Below the pieces are notes generated by a model. That model did not search any database and was not told the origin of the DNA. It worked only from the letters and a program-made list of their open reading frames with translations. Positions 57,324-64,000 of a stretch of DNA of 64,000 nt are shown here, piece after piece. The translations under genes were made by a program, and so were the position numbers. Origin of the DNA: Bacteroidota bacterium (GTDB taxonomy: Bacteria; Bacteroidota; Bacteroidia; Chitinophagales; Chitinophagaceae); assembly GCA_013286305.1 (NCBI GenBank), contig JABDFW010000008.1, forward strand, positions 1,596-65,595, read 5' to 3'. Each line of letters opens with the position of its first letter. Position 1 is the first letter of the stretch.

Positions 57324-59066
57324 CTACTTCAATCTTATCTCTCCTACACCACAACCCTGCGGCACCATCGGGAACACATTATTCTCTTTACCCACCATTA
57401 CTTCCAGCAGGTAAGAGCCCTCATGTTCAAGCATTTCCTTTAATGTTGATCTCAAATCTTTTCTGTCGCTGATAGATTTGCCTGCAATACCATACGCTTT
57501 AGCGATCATTACAAAATCGGGGCTTTGAATATCTACAAAAGAATATCTCCGGGAATTAAACAGTTCCTGCCATTGGCGCACCATGCCCAAAAACCTGTTA
57601 TTCAGAATAATGATCTTAACGTCAGCACCAAACTGCATAATAGTGCCAAGTTCCTGCAAGGTCATTTGAAAACCACCATCGCCAATAATAGCAACCACCG
57701 TTCTTTCCGGCGCTCCATATTTTGCCCCTATTGCTGCAGGCAATGCAAAACCCATGGTGCCTAAGCCCCCGGAAGTAACATTACTTTTTGACTGTGTAAA
57801 TTTTGCATAACGGCAGGCTACCATCTGGTGCTGGCCTACATCTGTTACAATAACAGCATCACCTTTGGTAAATTCGTTCAAGGCATCTATTACTTCGCCC
57901 ATGCTCATCTCTTGCTTAGAAGGATGAAGTTCATCATAGATCACTATTTCATTTTCTTTTACCGTTGCTTCATGAAAACGCTGTAGCCATGCGGTATGTT
58001 CTTTCTTTTCAATCAGTTCAGTTAACAGGGGCAATGTTTCCTTGCAATCGCCCCATACAGGCGCTAATGCCTTTACATTTTTATCAATCTCAGCAGGGTC
58101 AATATCCAGGTGAATAACTTTTGCCTGCTTTGCATATTTATCCAAACGGCCTGTAACACGGTCGTCAAAACGCATACCCACCGCTATCAATACATCACAT
58201 TCATTGGTAAGCACATTTGGGCCATAATTGCCGTGCATGCCAAGCATACCCACATTTAGAGGATGGCCGGTTTCTAATGCACTTAAGCCAAGAATAGTCC
58301 ATGCGGCCGGTAAACCGCCTTTTTCAATAAATGCCTTTAATTCATTTTCTGCTTCGCCGAGAATCACACCCTGGCCAAATATTACAAAAGGCCTTTCCGC
58401 TTCATTAATAAGCTTTGCTGCCTGGGCAATATATTCTTTACGCACGATTGGCTTGGGGCGGTAGCTGCGTACTTTTTTACATTTAGTGTAGCCTTCATAA
58501 TCAAATTTTTGCACTTGCGCATTTTTGGTAATATCAATCAGCACCGGGCCGGGGCGGCCGCTCTTGGCAATATAGAATGCCTTTGCAAGTGCAGCAGGTA
58601 TTTCTGTAGCGTCTGTTACCTGGTAATTCCATTTGGTAACGGGTGTAGTTATATTTATAACATCAGTTTCCTGGAAAGCATCTGTACCCAGCAGGTGCGC
58701 AAACACCTGGCCTGTTATACATACCAGCGGAGTACTGTCAATTTGTGCATCAGCCAAACCCGTAACTAAATTTGTTGCACCGGGGCCGCTGGTTGCAAAT
58801 ACAACACCCACTTTACCGGATGTTCGCGCAAAACCCTGCGCGGCATGTATGGCGCCCTGCTCGTGGCGTACCAATATATGTTCCAGTTTATCCTGGTAAT
58901 CGTACAATGCATCATAAATAGGCATAATGGCGCCGCCGGGATAACCGAAAATAGTTTTTACACCTTCTGCTATCATGGCTTCCAGTACTGCCTCGCTCCC
59001 GGTAATGCTAACTGTTTTTTTTGCAGGTACCGAAATTCTTTCTTCTATTATTTCAAGGATTTCCAT
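57324..59066 (-). CDS. ilvB: Acetolactate synthase large (catalytic) subunit
   Basis: 580 aa with ThDP motifs (IFGYPGGAIMPIYDAL, GLGTMGFALPAAIGA, IIGDGGFQM). Confidence 0.97.
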   Translation of the reverse strand: MEILEIIEERISVPAKKTVSITGSEAVLEAMIAEGVKTIFGYPGGAIMPIYDALYDYQDKLEHILVRHEQGAIHAAQGFARTSGKVGVVFATSGPGATNLVTGLADAQIDSTPLVCITGQVFAHLLGTDAFQETDVINITTPVTKWNYQVTDATEIPAALAKAFYIAKSGRPGPVLIDITKNAQVQKFDYEGYTKCKKVRSYRPKPIVRKEYIAQAAKLINEAERPFVIFGQGVILGEAENELKAFIEKGGLPAAWTILGLSALETGHPLNVGMLGMHGNYGPNVLTNECDVLIAVGMRFDDRVTGRLDKYAKQAKVIHLDIDPAEIDKNVKALAPVWGDCKETLPLLTELIEKKEHTAWLQRFHEATVKENEIVIYDELHPSKQEMSMGEVIDALNEFTKGDAVIVTDVGQHQMVACRYAKFTQSKSNVTSGGLGTMGFALPAAIGAKYGAPERTVVAIIGDGGFQMTLQELGTIMQFGADVKIIILNNRFLGMVRQWQELFNSRRYSFVDIQSPDFVMIAKAYGIAGKSISDRKDLRSTLKEMLEHEGSYLLEVMVGKENNVFPMVPQGCGVGEIRLK

Positions 59067-59120
59067 AATCCAATTTTTATTTTTTAACGATCAATATTCA
59101 GCTTGAATGTTAATTGCAGT

Positions 59121-60809
59121 TCAACCCATTTCATCCGTCACACAACCTTCAGCGGCATTCTTAACATTCTTTGCATATTTATATAAAACCCCATTTGTTG
59201 CTTTTAATGCAGGCTGTTTCCAGGCTGCCTTCCGCTTAGCTATTTCCTCATCACTCACTTTAAGCGTCATCTTTTTGTGTACTACATCAATTTCAATTAC
59301 ATCATCATCTTTTACCAGGGCTATCAATCCTCCCTCAAACGCTTCCGGAGTGATGTGCCCGACGACAAACCCATGCGTACCACCACTAAACCTTCCATCC
59401 GTTATTAGTGCTACCGATTTACCAAGCCCCGCGCCTATAATAGCTCCGGTAGGCTTTAGCATTTCGGGCATACCAGGTGCTCCTTTAGGGCCGATGTGCC
59501 TTATTACCACCACGTCACCCGCATGAACACGTCCGCTCTGAATACCTTTTATAAGATCGTGCTCGCCGTCAAACACTCTTGCAGAGCCTTCAAAACGTTC
59601 GCCTTCTTTTCCGCTTATTTTCGCAACACTGCCGCCTTCTGCAAGGTTGCCATACAATATTTGCAAATGGCCTGTTTTTTTCAGCGGGTTCTCCAGCGGA
59701 TGTATAATATCCTGTGTGTTAAAATCAAGGTCAGGTGCATCGGCCAGGTTTTCTGCAACGGTCTTACCCGTCGCTGTCAAACATTCGCCGTGCAAAAGCC
59801 CGTTGTTTAATAAATATTTCATAACGGCAGGCAACCCTCCTTTTGCATGCAGGTCTTGCATCAAATATTTGCCGCTTGGTTTAAAATCTGCAAGTACCGG
59901 TATTCTGTCGCTGATGACCTGGAAATCATCCTGCGACAATGGCACTCCTACACTTTTTGCCATTGCAATTAAATGCAATACGGCATTGGTACTGCCGCCA
60001 AGAACCATTACAACTGTAATTGCATTTTCAAATGCTTTACGTGTCATAATGTCCCTGGGCTTAATATCTTTTTCCAATAACAATTTTATTGCCTTGCCAA
60101 TCGCAGCACATTCTTTTTGTTTGTCTTCGCTCAATGCCGGGTTAGATGATGAATTAGGCAGGCTCATACCAAGCGCTTCAATGGCACTGGCCATCGTATT
60201 TGCCGTGTACATGCCTCCACAGGCGCCAGCACCGGGACAAGAGTGGCGAACAATATTTTTAAAATCAGCTTCATCCAGGTTACCTGCGATCTTCTGGCCA
60301 AGCGCTTCAAAAGCCGAGACAATATTCAGGTCCTGGCCGTTGTAATGCCCGGGGGCTATGGTACCGCCATATAACATAATAGAAGGGCGGTTAAGCCTGC
60401 CCATAGCCATAATAGAGCCGGGCATATTTTTATCACAGCCGGGTATTGTAATTAAGGCATCATAATATTGGCCACCGGCGTTTGTTTCAATACTGTCAGC
60501 GATCAGGTCGCGGCTAACCAGGCTAAAACGCATACCGTCAGTACCCATGCTTATACCATCACTTACACCGATGGTATAAAAACGCAAACCAAGCAAACCT
60601 TCTGTTGCATTAACGCTTTTTTTCACATCTGTCGCAAGATCGTTCAGGTGCATATTACAGGGGTTGCCATCCCAGCCCATACTTGCAATGCCCACTTGTG
60701 CTTTATTAAAATCTTCTTCAGTAAAGCCTATAGCATAATACATTGCCTGCGCCGCAGGTTGCGTTGGATCCTGTGTTAACGTTTTACTGTACTTGTTAAG
60801 TTCCGCCAT
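59121..60809 (-). CDS. ilvD: Dihydroxy-acid dehydratase
   Basis: The true start is [29 protein letters not shown] (ATG 60809..60807), with the CDKNMPG and [15 protein letters not shown] motifs. The 40 upstream codons include a translated repeat. Confidence 0.95.
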   Translation of the reverse strand: MAELNKYSKTLTQDPTQPAAQAMYYAIGFTEEDFNKAQVGIASMGWDGNPCNMHLNDLATDVKKSVNATEGLLGLRFYTIGVSDGISMGTDGMRFSLVSRDLIADSIETNAGGQYYDALITIPGCDKNMPGSIMAMGRLNRPSIMLYGGTIAPGHYNGQDLNIVSAFEALGQKIAGNLDEADFKNIVRHSCPGAGACGGMYTANTMASAIEALGMSLPNSSSNPALSEDKQKECAAIGKAIKLLLEKDIKPRDIMTRKAFENAITVVMVLGGSTNAVLHLIAMAKSVGVPLSQDDFQVISDRIPVLADFKPSGKYLMQDLHAKGGLPAVMKYLLNNGLLHGECLTATGKTVAENLADAPDLDFNTQDIIHPLENPLKKTGHLQILYGNLAEGGSVAKISGKEGERFEGSARVFDGEHDLIKGIQSGRVHAGDVVVIRHIGPKGAPGMPEMLKPTGAIIGAGLGKSVALITDGRFSGGTHGFVVGHITPEAFEGGLIALVKDDDVIEIDVVHKKMTLKVSDEEIAKRKAAWKQPALKATNGVLYKYAKNVKNAAEGCVTDEMG

Positions 60810-60951
60810 ACCCCTATCCCCTGAAGGGGGATTTGAAACTTGATTACTGCCATTTTGCTGGTTCATGATTAAATCTTTGTGTTTATTATTCCGGCTTTTG
60901 TTCTTTACTAAAAATTTGTTGCGTCGCACACTTCAACAGATTGTTTATTAT

Positions 60952-61365
60952 TCAACTTTTATTTATCAACTCGTATGATTGTTTCATCCATTTCTTTAAC
61001 TGTTCATCTATATCTTTCTCACCGTCAACCTTTACAATATGCACCACCCTGTGTTTGGATGTTTGTAAAAATTTTGCAACAGGCGGCACATCTTCCAGGT
61101 GATCTAAAAAAAACTCAATCTCCAGGTGGCTCTTCTTAACCTTTACTGCCAGGAAGGTACTTTTTGTTTTAAAAAAAATCACATCCGGCGCAACTGCTTC
61201 TTCCCTGTACCTGCCAAAAGTTTTGACTATTGCCTCTATTTCCTCAAATAATCCTTTCAATAATGGCGGCCGCTTTATAAAAAAGCTTTCCTTATCAACA
61301 AGCTTACATCCGTGTATTTGCTCAGCTTTTTTAAAGCTACGTCCGCATTTTGGGCATATCCACAT
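60952..61365 (-). CDS. Small Zn-ribbon plus DUF5655-like protein
   Basis: 137 aa: MWICPKCGRSFKKAEQIHGC, followed by a domain resembling DUF5655/DUF4287-type proteins. It starts 18 nt after the attenuator terminator. Confidence 0.6.
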   Translation of the reverse strand: MWICPKCGRSFKKAEQIHGCKLVDKESFFIKRPPLLKGLFEEIEAIVKTFGRYREEAVAPDVIFFKTKSTFLAVKVKKSHLEIEFFLDHLEDVPPVAKFLQTSKHRVVHIVKVDGEKDIDEQLKKWMKQSYELINKS

Positions 61366-61382
61366 AATAAATGAGTAATAAA

Positions 61383-61410
61383 AAACCCGCCTCTCTGTGG
61401 AGGCGGGTTT
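61383..61410 (-). terminator. Attenuator terminator of the ilv leader
   Basis: The minus strand reads AAACCCGCCTC-cacaga-GAGGCGGGTTTTTTATT: an 11-bp GC-rich stem plus a U tract, 25 nt after the leader stop codon. Confidence 0.8.
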
Positions 61411-61434
61411 GCTATAATTTGTTTATTGTTATAA

Positions 61435-61533
61435 CTAACTTATACCTCCATGCAGGGCAGGAATAATAATGACAACGACTACCACAACTATTGTGATATT
61501 GTTTACAATATTATTTATCCTGTTTCTAAGCAT
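61435..61533 (-). promoter_or_regulatory. ilvL: ilv operon leader peptide (32 codons, Val/Ile-rich)
   Basis: The minus-strand ORF is MLRNRINNIVNNITIVVVVVVIIIPALHGGIS-stop. It has a run of 6 Val and 3 Ile, plus more Ile and Val upstream, and is followed by a canonical terminator. Confidence 0.8.
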
Positions 61534-61550
61534 AGCGGCTTTATATACTA

Positions 61551-61581
61551 CGAATATATGAAAGCCTGTTCAAACTGCAAA
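61551..61581 (-). promoter_or_regulatory. Possible Bacteroidota-type promoter (-33 TTTG / -7 TATATTCG) for the ilv leader
   Basis: The minus strand reads cTTTGcagtttgaacaggctttcaTATATTCG, with a 19-nt spacer. The -7 box has one mismatch to TAnnTTTG. About 18 nt upstream of the leader ATG. Confidence 0.3.
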
Positions 61582-61586
61582 GATCT

Positions 61587-62092
61587 GACCACGATTTTGA
61601 CCTGATTTTTCTGATTGCCCTGACGGGCCTTTTACTTATAATCAGGCTAAGCCCCCGGCAACGGCTTATACTTTTTATTAAATAACCTTTTCCACTCAAG
61701 GCTGCCCGCACCAAAATTTATTAACATACCTACCTCAAAATTATAAGCCTCCAAATAATTAAGCCCCTGGTTGAGGTGGCTATTTTCTAACTTACTTAAA
61801 GCCTTTATTTCAACTGTTATTTTTCCTTCAACTAAAAAATCAACCCTTCGGTCACCAATTAATTTATCGCGATAATAGATTTGCACACTGGCTTCCTTTT
61901 TAAAATCAATCCCCATCAATTCAAACTCTATTGCCAAAGCTCTCTGACAAATAATTTCCTGGAAGCCATTACCCAATGCACCATGTACTGTCATGCATGC
62001 TTTAATTATTTTCTCCGTTATTTCACTATACTTGTACTCCATATTCAATAAGCGTTCAGGGCAATCAGAAAAATCAGGTCAAAATCGTGGTC
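61587..62092. mobile_element. 506-bp cassette: GxxExxY gene bounded by perfect 37-bp terminal inverted repeats
   Basis: GACCACGATTTTGACCTGATTTTTCTGATTGCCCTGA (61587-61623) is the exact reverse complement of TCAGGGCAATCAGAAAAATCAGGTCAAAATCGTGGTC (62056-62092). Confidence 0.7.
61647..62048 (-). CDS. GxxExxY family protein (PD-(D/E)XK nuclease-like)
   Basis: 133 aa: ...HGALGNGFQEIICQRALAIEFELMGIDF...RVDFLVEGKITVEIKAL... The G-x-x-E-x-x-(Y/C) and D...E.K pattern is typical of the GxxExxY family. Confidence 0.85.
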   Translation of the reverse strand: MNMEYKYSEITEKIIKACMTVHGALGNGFQEIICQRALAIEFELMGIDFKKEASVQIYYRDKLIGDRRVDFLVEGKITVEIKALSKLENSHLNQGLNYLEAYNFEVGMLINFGAGSLEWKRLFNKKYKPLPGA

Positions 62093-63206
62093 ATATGATC
62101 GTCGATTTTCTCAACTCTATATTTCCCTTATTCACTTCGCCGGTTATTTTGTTGCTTACAAAATCTGCTATCAGCTCCCCGATAGTGGAAGTGAAATAAA
62201 AATTTATGCTGTCAATATCTTTTGTTACAAAACTGTTCTGCAAGGTCCAGTTAACACCATCACGCACGTGTGCAGCTTCGTTCGGCATTCCTAAATAATC
62301 GAGCATCATGGCTGTAGATAAAATGGAGCCCAACGGATTGGCAATGTCCTTGCCTGCTGCCTGCGGGTATGAGCCATGAATGGGCTCAAACAATGCAGTT
62401 CCGGTTCCTATAGAAGCAGATGGCAATAATCCCAGCGAACCACTTAATACACTTGCCTCGTCACTGATAATATCACCAAACATATTTTCCGTAAGTATTA
62501 CGTCAAACTGTTTAGGGTTAAGTATAATCTGCATGGCGGCATTATCAACAAACATGTAGTCAACTAATACATCGTTATATTGCCCCGCTATTTCCTGAAC
62601 TACTTTTCGCCATAAGCGCGATGTTTCCAATACATTGGCTTTATCAACCAATGTCAATTTCCTTTTTCTCTGTTGTGCATATTTAAAAGCAAGGTGTGCT
62701 ATTCTTTCAATTTCGGGACGGGTATAAACGCAATCGTCACTTGCCCGGGTTTTGTCCTCACTCAACTCCTTCTTACCAAAATAAATTCCACCTGTCAGCT
62801 CGCGAAATATAATAAAATCAACCCCTTCCATTTGTTTCGCTTTAAGCGGCGATAAATGCTGCAACGATGGGTATGTAGTTATCGGGCGTATATTGGCAAA
62901 CAACTGCAGGCTTTTACGCAATTTAAGCAGCCCTTGCTCGGGCCTTACTTTCGCTGTAGGGTCATTATCATATTTGGGATGCCCTATTGCGCCAAACAAT
63001 ACCGCATCGCTATTTAAACAACTCTCAATTGTTTCATCAGGCAAGGGGTTGCCGGTTTTGTCAATGGCATCTGCCCCCATCAGGCAATAGGTATAATTAA
63101 ATGTATGGCCATATTGATGCCCCACTGCCTCTAATACTTTAATTGACTGGCGTGTAACTTCAGGCCCTATGCCATCGCCCAATATTACCGTTATATTCTT
63201 TTCCAT
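62091..63206 (-). CDS. leuB: 3-isopropylmalate dehydrogenase
   Basis: 371 aa with ITVILGDGIGPEV, NMFGDIISDEASVLSGSLGLLPSAS and EPIHGSYPQAAGKDIANP. The stop codon lies at the edge of the cassette TIR. Confidence 0.97.
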   Translation of the reverse strand: MEKNITVILGDGIGPEVTRQSIKVLEAVGHQYGHTFNYTYCLMGADAIDKTGNPLPDETIESCLNSDAVLFGAIGHPKYDNDPTAKVRPEQGLLKLRKSLQLFANIRPITTYPSLQHLSPLKAKQMEGVDFIIFRELTGGIYFGKKELSEDKTRASDDCVYTRPEIERIAHLAFKYAQQRKRKLTLVDKANVLETSRLWRKVVQEIAGQYNDVLVDYMFVDNAAMQIILNPKQFDVILTENMFGDIISDEASVLSGSLGLLPSASIGTGTALFEPIHGSYPQAAGKDIANPLGSILSTAMMLDYLGMPNEAAHVRDGVNWTLQNSFVTKDIDSINFYFTSTIGELIADFVSNKITGEVNKGNIELRKSTII

Positions 63207-63250
63207 AACACCTCTATCCTTTTAAGAATAGTTTGTTTTTTTAAGGTTCG

Positions 63251-63970
63251 CTAAGCAGCTATCACTGCTTTACTAACTGCACTTATTTGGTAACCATCCA
63301 CCAGCAATTCCAAAACATTTGTAATACATTTTGGTATTTCCTGTTCATAATGGCTAACATATATCAATGTCTTATTCAATCTTGTACACAATACATCGGT
63401 TAAGGCAACAAAATTTTGCACCTGTTCTTCATCAAGGCCCTGGCAGGGCTCATCAAAAACAAGCAATGGCGGATTTTTTACTAAAGCTCTTGCCAGCAAA
63501 ATCAAACGCTGTTGGCTCGTCGAAATTGTCGCAAGGGGCTTTTGTTGCACATGAGATAATCGCAAAAAACCCAACCATTGCCGTAATATGTTGTCCTGTT
63601 CCGGGGTTAATTTTTTATATAACCCGATTGTATCAAAAAAACCAGATGCTATAGTATTATAGCATGTAATATTTGTATCAAAATACCAATGCAATTCAGG
63701 TGACACATACCCTATCTTTCGTTTAATATCCCAAATACTTTCGCCTGTGCCCCTTTTCCTGTCAAATAAAACTATTTTATTAGCGTATGCTTGCGGGTGG
63801 TCACCTGTAACCAGGCTTAACAGCGTTGATTTACCCGCACCATTCGCGCCCCTTAACAGCCATTTTTCGCCACTGTTGACCTGCCAGTTCATATTTTCAA
63901 TGATCACTTTTTGTTGGTAGGCAACCCGAACATTTTCCATTTTTACAGCGATATCAAAATCGCTGTTCAT
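63251..63970 (-). CDS. ABC transporter ATP-binding protein (ModF-like single cassette)
   Basis: Walker A GANGAGKST, signature-like ISTSQQR, Walker B LLVFDEPCQGLD. Confidence 0.85.
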   Translation of the reverse strand: MNSDFDIAVKMENVRVAYQQKVIIENMNWQVNSGEKWLLRGANGAGKSTLLSLVTGDHPQAYANKIVLFDRKRGTGESIWDIKRKIGYVSPELHWYFDTNITCYNTIASGFFDTIGLYKKLTPEQDNILRQWLGFLRLSHVQQKPLATISTSQQRLILLARALVKNPPLLVFDEPCQGLDEEQVQNFVALTDVLCTRLNKTLIYVSHYEQEIPKCITNVLELLVDGYQISAVSKAVIAA

Positions 63971-64000
63971 CTGCCGGAATGGTATGTCGCCGCCAAATGA

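Noticed and set aside
59121-60929. The 40-codon N-terminal extension of ilvD ([20 protein letters not shown]...NPPSGDRG), and the analogous extensions of the DJ-1 gene (56478-56564) and rpsK (34409-34450)
   Set aside because: The extensions cross GC-rich repeat copies or spacers. Internal ATGs give N-termini that match the conserved starts of the families ([31 protein letters not shown]...).
63971-64000. A possible further gene fragment at the right edge
   Set aside because: Only 30 nt remain, with no start, stop or motif that could be interpreted.

Overview
This looks like a chromosomal segment from a Bacteroidota genome, probably the Chitinophagia/Sphingobacteriia type. That is inferred from the susC/susD/susE locus, the gene content and the repeat style. 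Left to right it holds: a SusC/SusD/SusE-like PUL with a NUDIX (NrtR-like) regulator; ligA; a HAD hydrolase; an M28 peptidase; a visibly AT-rich two-gene island of unknown function; eno, an ftsB-like gene and nth; a TetR-TolC-HlyD-2xABC-ATPase-2xABC-2-permease efflux operon; a Gfo/Idh/MocA oxidoreductase plus DUF1080 pair; a TPR/HTH regulator; tsaC; carA; the infA-rpmJ-rpsM-rpsK-rpsD-rpoA-rplQ block; a 944-aa secreted HExxH protein; an HtrA-like protease; hmgA; a HIT protein; greA; a GlcD-like FAD oxidase; and an SDR. The last ~17.5 kb (45.7-63.2 kb) is one co-directional minus-strand amino-acid biosynthesis supercluster: leuB / ilv leader / ilvD-ilvB-ilvN-ilvC-ilvA / thr leader / thrA-thrB-thrC. 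Main observations: (1) two unannotated leader peptides of the classical attenuation type, one Val/Ile-rich with a clean terminator and one Thr-rich; (2) the supercluster is heavily colonised by small selfish or accessory cassettes: a GxxExxY nuclease-family gene with perfect 37-bp terminal inverted repeats, a DUF559 endonuclease ORF read in frame into thrB, hicBA, a DUF6364 orphan, a DUF5655 gene, a DJ-1/PfpI gene and a membrane protein; (3) ilvA carries an in-frame TGA; (4) a GC-rich hairpin repeat family (core CCCC-TAAA/TTTA-GGGG, long form CCCCGTCCG-N-CGGGCGGGCCTAAAGGGG) sits at almost every cistron junction and is even inserted in frame in thrA; (5) dispersed short-word hairpins, sometimes in frame inside genes (ligA), fill otherwise compact operons such as the ribosomal-protein block. 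All functional calls come from reading the translated ORFs by eye. No database search was possible.
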